Shown here: positions 51,961 to 61,249 of the stretch, piece after piece
How the letters are laid out: every line of letters starts with the position of its first letter
Numbering within the stretch: position 1 is the first letter of the stretch
Source: Terriglobia bacterium
GTDB taxonomy: Bacteria; Acidobacteriota; Terriglobia; Acidiferrales; UBA7541
Length of the DNA: 64,000 nucleotides
Direction of reading: 5' to 3'
Assembly (NCBI GenBank): GCA_963695545.1
Contig: OY968796.1
Coordinates: 2,784,001 to 2,848,000 of the forward strand
Position numbers and translations under genes: made by a program
Notes under the pieces: generated by a model
What the model was told of the DNA's origin: nothing
Database searches by the model: none
What the model saw: the letters and a program-made list of their open reading frames with translations, nothing else

Positions 51961-51996
51961 GCCCCGGGTCTGCATCCCCCTGACGGACCCGGGGTC
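51961..51996 (+). terminator. Hairpin after the two small genes
   Basis: CCCCGGGTC/GACCCGGGG stem followed by a pyrimidine tract. Confidence 0.5.
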
Positions 51997-52090
51997 TTCC
52001 TCTTCCCGACCTGCGCGGAGCGCATTGCCCTAAACACTGCACGCGATCGCCCGCTTCCCAACTCGGCGCCCCACATTAGATACTACGGTC

Positions 52091-53677
52091 GTGACCTCGC
52101 CCACCGCCGCCGTCCTCGGCGAAATTGGATTGCCCGCCCCCATTCGTGAATTGTCCGCGCGCCGCTGGGATGTAGTGATCGTTGGCGCCGGCCACAACGG
52201 CCTCGCGTGTGCGGCCTACCTCGCCCGCGCCGGCAAACGCGTGCTGGTTCTCGAGAGCAGCGCGCGAGTCGGCGGCGCGTGCACCATCGAGGAACCTTTC
52301 GCTGGCGTGCGCATGTCTCCCTGCGCGTATCTAGCCGGACTGCTCCATCCCTTGGTCATTTCGGAATTGAATCTTCCCGAGCGCGGCTTCGCGTGGACGC
52401 CCGCCGTCAACGGCCTCTTCGTTCCGTTCCTCGACGGCTCAAGCGTTCAGCTCTGGGACGACGACGCGCGCTGCGAAGCCGAAATTCGCGCCCTCGCTCC
52501 GCGCGATGTAGAAGGCTGGCGCGCGATGAACGACGTCCTCCGCCGACTGCGCGATGCTCTCCGCCCTCACGGCGATGGCGATCTCTGGATCGGCGAGCCT
52601 CCCACGCAAGAACAACTCGAAGCGCGCCTCGCCGGCGACGAAGAAGCGCGCCTCGTGCTCTTCGATTGGTCCATGGCCGAATTCGTCGAACACTATTTGC
52701 GCGATGAGCGCCTGCAAATCGCCTACCTCGGCCAAGGCGTAATCGGCACCAACGCCAGCCCCTTTGACGCCGGCACCGCCAGCATTCGCTTCCATCATGC
52801 ATCCGGCCGCCTCGGCGGAATGCCCGGCATGTGGGGCTACGTCAAAGGCGGCATGGGCATGGTCTCTTTTTATTTTTGCGATGCCGCGCGCGATGCCGGA
52901 GCGGTCGTCGCCACAGGCGTCCCCGTCGCGCGCATCGCGCCCGCCGAAGGCGTCTTCCTCGAATCCGGCGAATTCATCGCTGCGCCAATCGTGATCTCGA
53001 ATGCTGATCCTCGCCAGACGCTCCGGCTCCTCGGCCCCGCGGCCGATCCCGCGTGGCGCGCGCGCGTCGAAGAAATTCCCATCGAAGGCTGCACCGTGAA
53101 GCTCAACGTTCTTCTCCGCGAGCTGCCCAATTTCACCACGCGCCCCGGCGTCAACGAGCCTCACCACTACGGACAAATCAACACTCCGCTCACCAAGCCC
53201 GAATGGCGGGCCGCATTCGCCGCCGCCCGCCGCGGCGAATTGCCCGAGCATCTCTGGTGCGAACTTTATTTCCAAAGTGTCCACGATCCGAGCGTCGCCC
53301 CCGCCGGCCGTCACACCATGAGCGTCTTCGCGCAGTACGTGCCCTACAATTTCGCGCGCGGCACATGGGACGAGCGCCGCGAAGAAGTCCGCGCCCTCGC
53401 GCTCCGCTCGCTTGCCCGCTTCTGCTCCAACATCCCGAGCGCCGTGATCGACGCGCAGGTCCTCGGTCCCCCCGATATCGAACGCCGCGTCGGCCTCACC
53501 GGCGGCCACATTTTTCAAGGCGAATGTTTGCCGCCCTACATGTGGTCGCATCGCCTTTCCGCGCGCACGCCCATGCCCGGCCTCTATCTGTGCGGCGCTT
53601 GCACGCATCCCGGCGGCAGCGTCATCGGCATCAACGGCCGCAACGCCGCCATGGCCGTCCTCCGCGACACCGCGTAG
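52091..53677 (+). CDS. Phytoene-dehydrogenase-like FAD oxidoreductase (PYROXD2-like)
   Basis: GAGHNGL, VGGA, GGMG, GGHIFQG, LYLCGACTHPGGSVIG.NG.NAA. Confidence 0.9.
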   Translation: MTSPTAAVLGEIGLPAPIRELSARRWDVVIVGAGHNGLACAAYLARAGKRVLVLESSARVGGACTIEEPFAGVRMSPCAYLAGLLHPLVISELNLPERGFAWTPAVNGLFVPFLDGSSVQLWDDDARCEAEIRALAPRDVEGWRAMNDVLRRLRDALRPHGDGDLWIGEPPTQEQLEARLAGDEEARLVLFDWSMAEFVEHYLRDERLQIAYLGQGVIGTNASPFDAGTASIRFHHASGRLGGMPGMWGYVKGGMGMVSFYFCDAARDAGAVVATGVPVARIAPAEGVFLESGEFIAAPIVISNADPRQTLRLLGPAADPAWRARVEEIPIEGCTVKLNVLLRELPNFTTRPGVNEPHHYGQINTPLTKPEWRAAFAAARRGELPEHLWCELYFQSVHDPSVAPAGRHTMSVFAQYVPYNFARGTWDERREEVRALALRSLARFCSNIPSAVIDAQVLGPPDIERRVGLTGGHIFQGECLPPYMWSHRLSARTPMPGLYLCGACTHPGGSVIGINGRNAAMAVLRDTA

Positions 53678-53855
53678 CGCCGCACTCACGGCGCCTCCGC
53701 GCAAGCGATGAGCGTGCACCCCGCGCTCGCGTCACCTGTCCTTGCAGCCAGCTATCGGTTTCGCGCCATTTGCCGCGCGCGCCCGTGCGCAGCATCGCGA
53801 TTGCATATCATGGAACAGCGCGCCACCGGAGCTCGCGATCCAATGGGGAGGCACC

Positions 53856-54191
53856 ATGCCCAAGACTTCGTTTTCGGTTAAGCGCGCGAATCCGCGTTTC
53901 TCGTTTGTCGCCGACGCCGAAATGGTCGGCCTCCGCGACGGCAGTCGCATCGTCGGCCGCATCGCCGAACTCAGTTCGCTCGGCTGCTATGTTGACGCCG
54001 TCGATCCTGCTCCAATCGGCACGCTTCTGCGTCTGCGCATCCGCTATGGCTGCAGCACCTGCGATATCCCTGGAAAAGTTATTTACACGCACTCCGGCTG
54101 GGGCATGGGCGTGCTCTTCGGAGACGCGTCGCCCCGTCAGCGATCCACCATCGAAGATTGGCTCAGCGAACTCGCCCGCAAATCCGCCTAG
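53856..54191 (+). CDS. Single-domain PilZ protein
   Basis: KRANPRF (RxxxR), ELSSLGC (D/NxSxxG variant), GMGVLF; GGAGG SD. Confidence 0.8.
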   Translation: MPKTSFSVKRANPRFSFVADAEMVGLRDGSRIVGRIAELSSLGCYVDAVDPAPIGTLLRLRIRYGCSTCDIPGKVIYTHSGWGMGVLFGDASPRQRSTIEDWLSELARKSA

Positions 54192-54436
54192 CCACTGCGT
54201 CAATCCTTGCCGCAAACAATTTATTCCACCTTCAACCGCGATTTCATTAGCACCACCACATACGCATTCCAGATCGATAGCGCGTAGTACAAGCTCAACT
54301 CCGATCCATTCACCTTCGTCCATCGCTCCACGGCCCCCACGGCGTGCGCGAATAGCTCAACGCGATTCCACGCGGCGCGGTTCGTCTGTCGTATATGCTT
54401 CACACCAAGCATTCGGCACGGCAAAGGAGCAACACC

Positions 54437-55414
54437 ATGAAAGCCGCAATCGTCACCGCAGCCGCCAAGTCGCCCGTCTACGGCGACTTCGATGCGCCCG
54501 TCGCCAAGCCCGGCGAAGAACTCATTTCCGTTCGAGCCTCCGCACTGAGTCAGTTCACGAAATCGCGAGCCTCGGGCGCGCACTACAGTTCCGACGGCGC
54601 CTTCCCGTCAATCGCCGGTTCCGATGGCGTCGGCCTAACGCAGCATGGCAGGCGCGTCTATTTCGCCTTGCCTGAGCCGCCCTTTGGCTCGCTCGCGGAA
54701 CTCTGCCCCGTCCGCGCGAATCGCTGCGTCGATCTTCCCGGTTCTCTCGATGACGTCACTGCCGCCGCCATCGCCAACCCCGGCATGTCCGCCTGGGCCG
54801 CGCTCGTCGAGCGCGCCCACCTTGTCGCCGGTGAAACAGTCCTCGTCAACGGCGCCACCGGCACCGCCGGCCGGCTTGCCGTTCAACTGGCGAAGTACCT
54901 CGGAGCGGCCAAAGTCATCGCCACAGCTCGCAACGCGCAAGAACTCGAAGAGGTAAAGTCGCTCGGCGCAGACGTCGTCATTCCGTTCACCCTCGGCGCC
55001 CTGCATCCATCAGGAGCAAAGGACTACGAGAACGCCCTGAAACAGGTTTTCGCCTCCGGCATCAACGTGGTCATCGATTATCTGTGGGGCGAAAGCGCGA
55101 GAACCGTGATCGTAGCCATCGCGAAGGCTGTGGACGACGCCACACCCGTCCGCTTCGTTCACGTCGGCGGAGCAAGCCGTGAGGAGAGCATGGATCTCCC
55201 CGGCGCCGCGCTTCGCTCATCGGCCATCATGCTCATGGGCAGCGGAGCCAAAAGTGTGCCTCTCCCCGTTCTCCTGCAAGCTGTCAGCAGCGTCTTCCAA
55301 GCCGTCGCGCCCGCAGCCCTGAAGATCGCAACCAACGTCGTCCCGCTCTCCGACGTCGAAGAAGTGTGGGACAAAGCCCCCGGCAAACCGCGTGTAGTCT
55401 TCTCCATCGAGTAG
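54437..55414 (+). CDS. MDR-family quinone oxidoreductase
   Basis: GSDGVG, ANPGMSAW, VLVNGATGTAG, DYLWG; AAGGAG SD. Confidence 0.88.
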   Translation: MKAAIVTAAAKSPVYGDFDAPVAKPGEELISVRASALSQFTKSRASGAHYSSDGAFPSIAGSDGVGLTQHGRRVYFALPEPPFGSLAELCPVRANRCVDLPGSLDDVTAAAIANPGMSAWAALVERAHLVAGETVLVNGATGTAGRLAVQLAKYLGAAKVIATARNAQELEEVKSLGADVVIPFTLGALHPSGAKDYENALKQVFASGINVVIDYLWGESARTVIVAIAKAVDDATPVRFVHVGGASREESMDLPGAALRSSAIMLMGSGAKSVPLPVLLQAVSSVFQAVAPAALKIATNVVPLSDVEEVWDKAPGKPRVVFSIE

Positions 55415-55438
55415 CACAGCCACTCTTGGCTGTGTGCC
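55411..55438 (+). repeat. REP-like hairpin
   Basis: GTAG foot plus CACAGCC/GGCTGTG stem overlapping the stop codon. Confidence 0.5.
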
Positions 55439-55524
55439 TTTGCTTTCTCCCCGCGCGTGCCGCGCTCCGCGCGGTCCCGACCGCAGTCCAGGGCTCGGCG
55501 AACTCGTAAGTTTCTCAGCGATTC

Positions 55525-55966
55525 CAGCCCGTAGGGGCGGCACATTTTAGCCCAGGGCGAGGAAACCCTGGGTACGCAAAGCAAAAAAAGCCCTTCTAGC
55601 AATTGTCTTGTATGAGCCCGCAGAGGCGACGCGGCCTCGCGCCGAGAATGCCTGCGCCACTCCGCGCGCCCGCCACCACGGCGCGGGGTCAGCCCCGTAG
55701 GACCGGCAGAGCTCAGCCTGGGGCGTCGGCCTTGGGTACGGAAAGCAAAAAAGGCCCTCTATCAATTGCCTTATTTGACCCCGTAGAGACGACACAGCCT
55801 CGTGCCCAGGGATGCGTGCGCCACGCCGCGCGAGCGCCCGCGCGGCGCAGAACCAGCCCCGTAGGGGCGGCAGAGCTTAGCCTGGGGCGAGGAAACCCTG
55901 GGTACGCAAAGCAAAAAAATCCTTCTATCAATTGTTTTGTATGAGCCCCGTAGGGGCGACACAGCC
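55525..55966 (+). repeat. Tandem array of three degenerate ~165-bp REP-like units (third truncated)
   Basis: Units start at 55525, 55690, 55854; each AGCCCCGTAGGGGC...AGCCYRGGGC..CCYTGGGTACG.AAAGCAAAAAA...TGAGCCCCGTAGRGGCGAC. Confidence 0.85.
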
Positions 55967-56046
55967 TTTCGCCGTGCGCCCCAGCCGCATCCACCTCGCG
56001 TCCCCGTGATATACTTCGCGTAGTTTTCAGCTTTGCGGAGGCCAAG

Positions 56047-57252
56047 ATGCCGAACACGCTCCGTCCCGCCCTGTTAGTCTTGGTTTCCTTTGCGATGTGT
56101 CTCTCGCTCAGCGCACAGACTCCTGAGTCCGTCGCCGGGACGCACCAAACCGATCCCTCCGATCGCTCCGCGCTCAGCGCTGACGATCTAGCGATCGCAC
56201 GGGACTGCTGGGGCGGCACCGCCGCGCACTGGGAAGGCCTAACAAAACAGGCGCTCCGCAACCAGGTCACCTACGGCGGCTCGATAACATCTGTTGCCTT
56301 CAGCCCCGACGGTAGCGCGCTCGCTTCCGGGTGCTGGGGCGGCGCAGTCAGGCTGTGGGACGTCGCGACCGGGCGGGAATTCCGCACGCTGACCGGCCAC
56401 GAGTGCGCGGTCACATCCATCGCGTTCAGCCCCGACGGGAATTCGATCGCCTCGGCGTCAGGCTGCGGCTCGGCTGACGACTCGATAGGAAACAATACGA
56501 TCAGGCTCTGGGACGTCACGACCGGACATTTTCGCGCCGCCGTGGCCACCGGTGGCAGGATCGTCGCGGTCGATGCGGCCTCTTTTAGTCCAGACGGACG
56601 CATTTACGTCACCGCGAATGATTACCCGCCGGACGGTTCGATTATGGTTTGGGACGCCGCGACCGGCCAGTATCTCAGCACGCTATATGCGGAGGCTGGG
56701 GTGGTCATCGATGTTGCCTTTAGCGCGGACGGCCGCACGCTCGCAGCCGCAACCAGCGCTCGCGCAGTAACGCAATGGGACGCCGCGACCTGGCAGGAAA
56801 TTAGTTCGTTCGTCGCGGGCGATCCTCACAATCTCACGTCTGTTCCCGTTCGTCTCATGGCTGTTGCTTTCAGTCCGGACGGGTCTGCTGTTGCGCTAGG
56901 AAGTGGTCGCGATGTCCAACTTTGGGACCTGGCGACCCAGCGGGAAATTCTCACTCTTAGCAGCGACGACGGCGGAGTCTACTCGATTGCTTTCAGCCCC
57001 GACGGACGTACTCTTGCATCGGGAACAAACAGCAGGATAACGATTTGGAATCTTACCAGCGGCCAGGAAATCCGCACTCTGAAGGGCCACGCTCAAGACG
57101 TCTACGCTGTTTCGTTTAGTCCCGACGGACGCACGCTTGCCTCAGGAAGCTTCGACAAGACGATCAAACTATGGGACCTCGCGACAGGGCAACTAATTCG
57201 CACGCTCGGCGGTCCCGCCCTCGAAGCCTCATCCGCGTCAGCGTCCCACTGA
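56047..57252 (+). CDS. Secreted WD40-repeat protein
   Basis: Signal peptide; seven repeats of VAFSPDG..LASG..IRLWD, with GH dipeptides. Confidence 0.9.
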   Translation: MPNTLRPALLVLVSFAMCLSLSAQTPESVAGTHQTDPSDRSALSADDLAIARDCWGGTAAHWEGLTKQALRNQVTYGGSITSVAFSPDGSALASGCWGGAVRLWDVATGREFRTLTGHECAVTSIAFSPDGNSIASASGCGSADDSIGNNTIRLWDVTTGHFRAAVATGGRIVAVDAASFSPDGRIYVTANDYPPDGSIMVWDAATGQYLSTLYAEAGVVIDVAFSADGRTLAAATSARAVTQWDAATWQEISSFVAGDPHNLTSVPVRLMAVAFSPDGSAVALGSGRDVQLWDLATQREILTLSSDDGGVYSIAFSPDGRTLASGTNSRITIWNLTSGQEIRTLKGHAQDVYAVSFSPDGRTLASGSFDKTIKLWDLATGQLIRTLGGPALEASSASASH

Positions 57253-57287
57253 TATACATTATTCTTACACATTTACTCTGTTACTAC

Positions 57288-57644
57288 TTGACCCTATGTC
57301 TTAGATGTGCTATCGTTCTTCGTGTCAGCCGAATTCAATTCGAATTACACCCCTCATCGCTCTCCAGAAAACCGGCCCACATATGCGTCTCCGCGCGCAG
57401 CCATCTGCGTCCATTCTCCGCAGCCCCACCGACTGGTTCGCCCGATATACCCATCCAATCTTGAATCTCGCTTCCATGCGACCAAACCCCCTCTGCAACC
57501 CCATGTGTTTTCAATCCATTACAAAAGAGTGCGCAACAACCTCAAAATAATAGATTTCAAGTCCCTGCATTTTCACACTCATCCGCACTCTTTTGCTGCA
57601 AACCACCTAGTTTCAATACTTTCGCAAAATCATACCGGGGGTGT
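57288..57644 (+). repeat. Dispersed AT-rich non-coding element, copy B, with its own sigma70-like promoter
   Basis: TTGACC(57288)-17-TATCGT, CAATTCGAAT(57336), TTTTCAATCCATTAC(57508), CAAGTCCC(57558), TACCGGGGGTGT(57633). Confidence 0.6.
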
Positions 57645-57886
57645 ATATAGGCATCGCGATCGGCGCCCTGGCGAACGCGCTAAGTCCTGTGAAATCAGAA
57701 CATCGAAATCCGGCCTTTCCACTACACCTCTCCGCTTTTCTCCTTCACCACACGTTATTGACACCGCGCCGCGCCGCGAACAGACTGTGCAACCGAATCC
57801 GTCGCGCGAAATCGCAGCCAAGAATTTCCGCGCCCCGGAAGAACGCATTCGGGTGCGGGCTCTACTTGGAGCCCGCCGGAACATCT

Positions 57887-59701
57887 ATGACCCTCTCGCT
57901 CCTCGATTGGCTGGCCATCGCCGCGTATCTCACGCTGATGCTGGTGCTCGGCCTGCATTTCCGCCGCCGCTCCGCGCAGAGCACCGAAGACTACTTCGTC
58001 TCCGGCCGACAAGTCAGTTGGTGGCTCGCCGGCACGTCCATGGTCGCGACCACCTTCGCGGCCGATACGCCGCTCGTCGTCACTGGCTTGGTCTTCGCGC
58101 AAGGAGTAGCAGGGAATTGGCTGTGGTGGAGTTTTCTGCCGTCGGGAATGATGACAGTTTTTCTCTTTGCTCGCCTCTGGCGGCGTTCCGGTCTCCTGAC
58201 CGACGTGCAGTTCGCCGAGATGCGCTACGCCGGCGGCGCCGCGGCCTTCCTGCGCGGATTCCGCGCCGTCTATCTCGGCCTGCTCATGAATTGCCTGATT
58301 CTCGGCTGGGTCACCAAGGCGATGACCAGCATCGTCGCCGTCACTCTCGGCGTCACGCAAACCCACGCGCTCGCCATCTGCATTTTCTTCCTGATTCCGT
58401 TCACCGGGTTTTACGTTTCGCTCGGCGGTCTCTGGGGCGTTCTCTGGACCGATCTCTTCCAGTTCGTCCTGAAAATGTCTCTGGTAATCGCCGTGGCCTG
58501 GTTCGGAGTGCGCAGCGTAGGTGGCATGCACGCGCTTCTGGCTCATCTCGCGGCGCAGCGCGCCGCAGCCGGGCCCGGCGCTTCCAATATCACCGCCATG
58601 CTCCCCGATTTTTCGCACGGCTGGACATCCGAAGCGCTCTGGACTCTGCCCGTGCTCACGTTCTTCGTGCATCTCGGCGTGCAATGGTGGGCGTTCTGGT
58701 ATCCCGGAGCCGAACCGGGCGGCGGCGGCTACATCGCGCAGAGAATTTTCAGCGCGCGCAACGAACGCGAAGGCCTGCTCGCCGTCCTCTGGTTCAATAT
58801 CGCGCACTACGCCATTCGCCCCTGGCCGTGGATCGTCACCGCGCTTGTCGCCGTCGCGCTCTATCCCGGCCTCGCGCATCCCGAAGATGGCTATATGCGC
58901 GTCGCGACCACCACCATGCCGCACGCGCTGCGCGGCGTGCTGATCGCCGGATTCATGGCCGCGTTCATGTCCACCATCGCCACGCAGCTCAATTGGGGCA
59001 GCTCGTATTTAATCGAAGATTTCTATCGCCGCTTCCTGCGCCGCAACGCGAGCGAGCGCCACTACGTGCACGCCTCGCGCGTGGCAACTCTTCTTCTCGT
59101 CGCGGCCGCCGCCTATGTTTCCGCGCAACTCGCCACGGTCGGTCAAGGCTGGGAAGTTGTGCTCGAAGTCGGCGCGGGCACCGGCGGCGTCTATCTGCTG
59201 CGTTGGTATTGGTGGCGCATCAATGCCTGGAGCGAAATTTCCGCCATGGCCGCGGCTCTGGTCTCCACTCTCGCGCTGCACTGGCGAAATCCATTCGTCG
59301 GTTCCGTGCCGCTGGTCTTCGCCAAGACCACGCTCACGACCACCGCGATCACCACGATCGTTTGGGTCGCCGTAACTTTTCTCACTCCCGCCGAGCCCGA
59401 CGACGTCCTCACCCGCTTTTATCGCCACGTGCGTCCCGACGCGCTGGGCTGGCGTCCCATCGCCGCGCGCGCGCCGGAGGTGCCCCCGACCCATGACCTC
59501 GGCCGCAATCTTTTCGATTGGCTGCTCGGCTGCGTGATGGTTTACGCCGCGCTCTTCGCCGGCGGAAAATTTTGCTTCCTTCAATATCGCGCCGGCTTCG
59601 CGCTCAGCGCCGTAGCCATTGTTTCCGCCGTACTGCTCCATCGCGACATCACGCGCCGCTTCGACGCCGGCGCCAGTGCGACCGAGACCACAAGTGCCTG
59701 A
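57887..59701 (+). CDS. Sodium:solute symporter family transporter
   Basis: DYFVSGR..WW..S..ATTFAADT, GGL.GV.WTD, QRIFSA, AAFMST; many TM helices. Confidence 0.92.
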   Translation: MTLSLLDWLAIAAYLTLMLVLGLHFRRRSAQSTEDYFVSGRQVSWWLAGTSMVATTFAADTPLVVTGLVFAQGVAGNWLWWSFLPSGMMTVFLFARLWRRSGLLTDVQFAEMRYAGGAAAFLRGFRAVYLGLLMNCLILGWVTKAMTSIVAVTLGVTQTHALAICIFFLIPFTGFYVSLGGLWGVLWTDLFQFVLKMSLVIAVAWFGVRSVGGMHALLAHLAAQRAAAGPGASNITAMLPDFSHGWTSEALWTLPVLTFFVHLGVQWWAFWYPGAEPGGGGYIAQRIFSARNEREGLLAVLWFNIAHYAIRPWPWIVTALVAVALYPGLAHPEDGYMRVATTTMPHALRGVLIAGFMAAFMSTIATQLNWGSSYLIEDFYRRFLRRNASERHYVHASRVATLLLVAAAAYVSAQLATVGQGWEVVLEVGAGTGGVYLLRWYWWRINAWSEISAMAAALVSTLALHWRNPFVGSVPLVFAKTTLTTTAITTIVWVAVTFLTPAEPDDVLTRFYRHVRPDALGWRPIAARAPEVPPTHDLGRNLFDWLLGCVMVYAALFAGGKFCFLQYRAGFALSAVAIVSAVLLHRDITRRFDAGASATETTSA

Positions 59702-61001
59702 CGCTCCCGGGCCATCGAGCGGCGGCGCAAGCAACGCCGGCGCGAGCGGCAGGGACGCGAGCGGCAGCAGCGGCGCGAACCGCGGCGAAGGTGTTGGTCG
59801 CAACACTCGCACCGGCCGCTCTCACGCCATCGCCGCCGGCCTGCTCGGCTTCACGTTCGACGCGTTCGATTTTTTCGTCGTAGTTTTTCTCATCGGCACG
59901 CTGGCCACCGCGTTTCGCGTCGACAAATCCGCCATCGTCTGGGCCATGACGCTCACTCTCGCCATGCGTCCCGTCGGCGCGCTGCTCTTCGGCCTGCTCT
60001 CCGACCGCTACGGCCGCCGCGTTCCGTTGATGATCAACGTAATTTATTTTTCGATCGTCGAAGTTCTCTGCGGCTTCTCACCCAACTTCACATTTTTTCT
60101 GGTGATGCGCGCGCTCTTCGGCATCGGCATGGGCGGCGAATGGGGCGTCGGCGCGTCGCTCACCATGGAAGCCGCGCCCATTCGCTGGCGCGGCTGGCTC
60201 AGCGGTGCGCTGCAAGGCGGATATCCCGCCGGATATTTGCTCGCCGCGGTCGCCGCGCGATTCCTCTTGCCCACCTGGGGCTGGCGCTCGATGTTTTTCG
60301 TCGGCGCGGTTCCCGCGCTTCTCGCGCTCTACATTCGCTCGAAAGTACCCGAATCCACGGCCTGGCAGCAGCGACGCGCGCCGTCGATGCTCGCCGTGTT
60401 GCGCTCGGTCGCGCAGGATTGGAAGAATTTCGCGTATCTCGCCGCGCTGATGGCTTTCATGCCGTTCCTTTCTCACGGCTCGCAGGATTTGTACCCCGAT
60501 TTCCTCCGCACCGTGCATCACGTCGCTGACGCCACCATCTCCAACATCGCAATCCTCTACAACGCCGCGGCCATACTCGGCGGCATCGCCTTCGGCCAAA
60601 TCTCGGAGTGGGTTGGCCGGCGAAAAAGCATGGTCGGCGCGCTCGTCGTTGCGCTTCTCGCGATTCCGCTCTGGGCCTTCGCCACCAATCTGCACGCGCT
60701 CGTGATTGGCGCCGTGCTCATGCAGATCGGCGCGCAGGGAACCTGGGGCGTCATCCCCGTTCATCTGAACGAGATGTCGCCCGATCACGCCCGCGGCCTC
60801 GTTCCCGGCCTCGCGTATCAGCTCGGAATCCTGATCGCCGCACCCACAAATTCAATCGAATACGCCCTGCGCGACCGTTTTGGTTACCAGTGGGCCCTCG
60901 CCGGTTTCGAGAGCGTGACGATCGTGGTGCTGATCGTACTGGTCTCGCTTGGTCACGAGCGCCGCGGCCGCAGCTTTTCCGCTCCCGCCGCGGGCCCGTA
61001 G
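59694..61001 (+). CDS. MFS carboxylate transporter (sialate:H+/Jen1-like)
   Basis: DAFDFF, MRPVGA, DRYGRR, GMGGEWG, SHGSQDLYP, YQLG; start approximate. Confidence 0.9.
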   Translation: MPDAPGPSSGGASNAGASGRDASGSSGANRGEGVGRNTRTGRSHAIAAGLLGFTFDAFDFFVVVFLIGTLATAFRVDKSAIVWAMTLTLAMRPVGALLFGLLSDRYGRRVPLMINVIYFSIVEVLCGFSPNFTFFLVMRALFGIGMGGEWGVGASLTMEAAPIRWRGWLSGALQGGYPAGYLLAAVAARFLLPTWGWRSMFFVGAVPALLALYIRSKVPESTAWQQRRAPSMLAVLRSVAQDWKNFAYLAALMAFMPFLSHGSQDLYPDFLRTVHHVADATISNIAILYNAAAILGGIAFGQISEWVGRRKSMVGALVVALLAIPLWAFATNLHALVIGAVLMQIGAQGTWGVIPVHLNEMSPDHARGLVPGLAYQLGILIAAPTNSIEYALRDRFGYQWALAGFESVTIVVLIVLVSLGHERRGRSFSAPAAGP

Positions 61002-61084
61002 GTGCTCCTAGCGGCCCTGAGGGGTGGGCTGCGAGCCAACAAAACGGGCATCGGAAGGCATTTGTTTTATGGTACAACAATATA

Positions 61085-61243
61085 CCCCCAGAGGGCGCCG
61101 GGGAGCCGGTCCGGCCACCAGATTGGTCGAATGCGACGACTAACCCAGGCCGAAACAGCCTGTTGGGGATCGGCACAGCGCTACGTAACTTCCGGGCGTA
61201 AACCCGCTGCGGGCTCTGCGTAGAGTTCGCTGGTTCCAGGAGG
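61085..61243 (+). ncRNA. Structured 5' leader, riboswitch candidate of unrecognised class
   Basis: TGgTACAAC -10-like at 61070-61078; nested stems 61096-61105/61189-61198 and 61106-61112/61167-61173, hairpins 61123-61143 and 61146-61162, SD-proximal hairpin 61209-61230. Confidence 0.4.
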
Positions 61244-61249
61244 AAAAAC

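Noticed and set aside
52091..53677. Carotenoid biosynthesis (crtI)
   Set aside because: Motifs fit the broader PYROXD2-like subfamily and no crtB/crtE is nearby.
55525..55966. Possible CRISPR array
   Set aside because: Period is about 165 bp, repeats are degenerate, the would-be spacers are homologous to each other, and no cas genes are present.
61085..61243. Known cobalamin, THF, SAH or lysine riboswitch
   Set aside because: Only short words match (AGAGG, AGCGCTAC, CCGCTGC); the B12 box and the length and stem layout of those classes are missing. Kept as an unclassified candidate.
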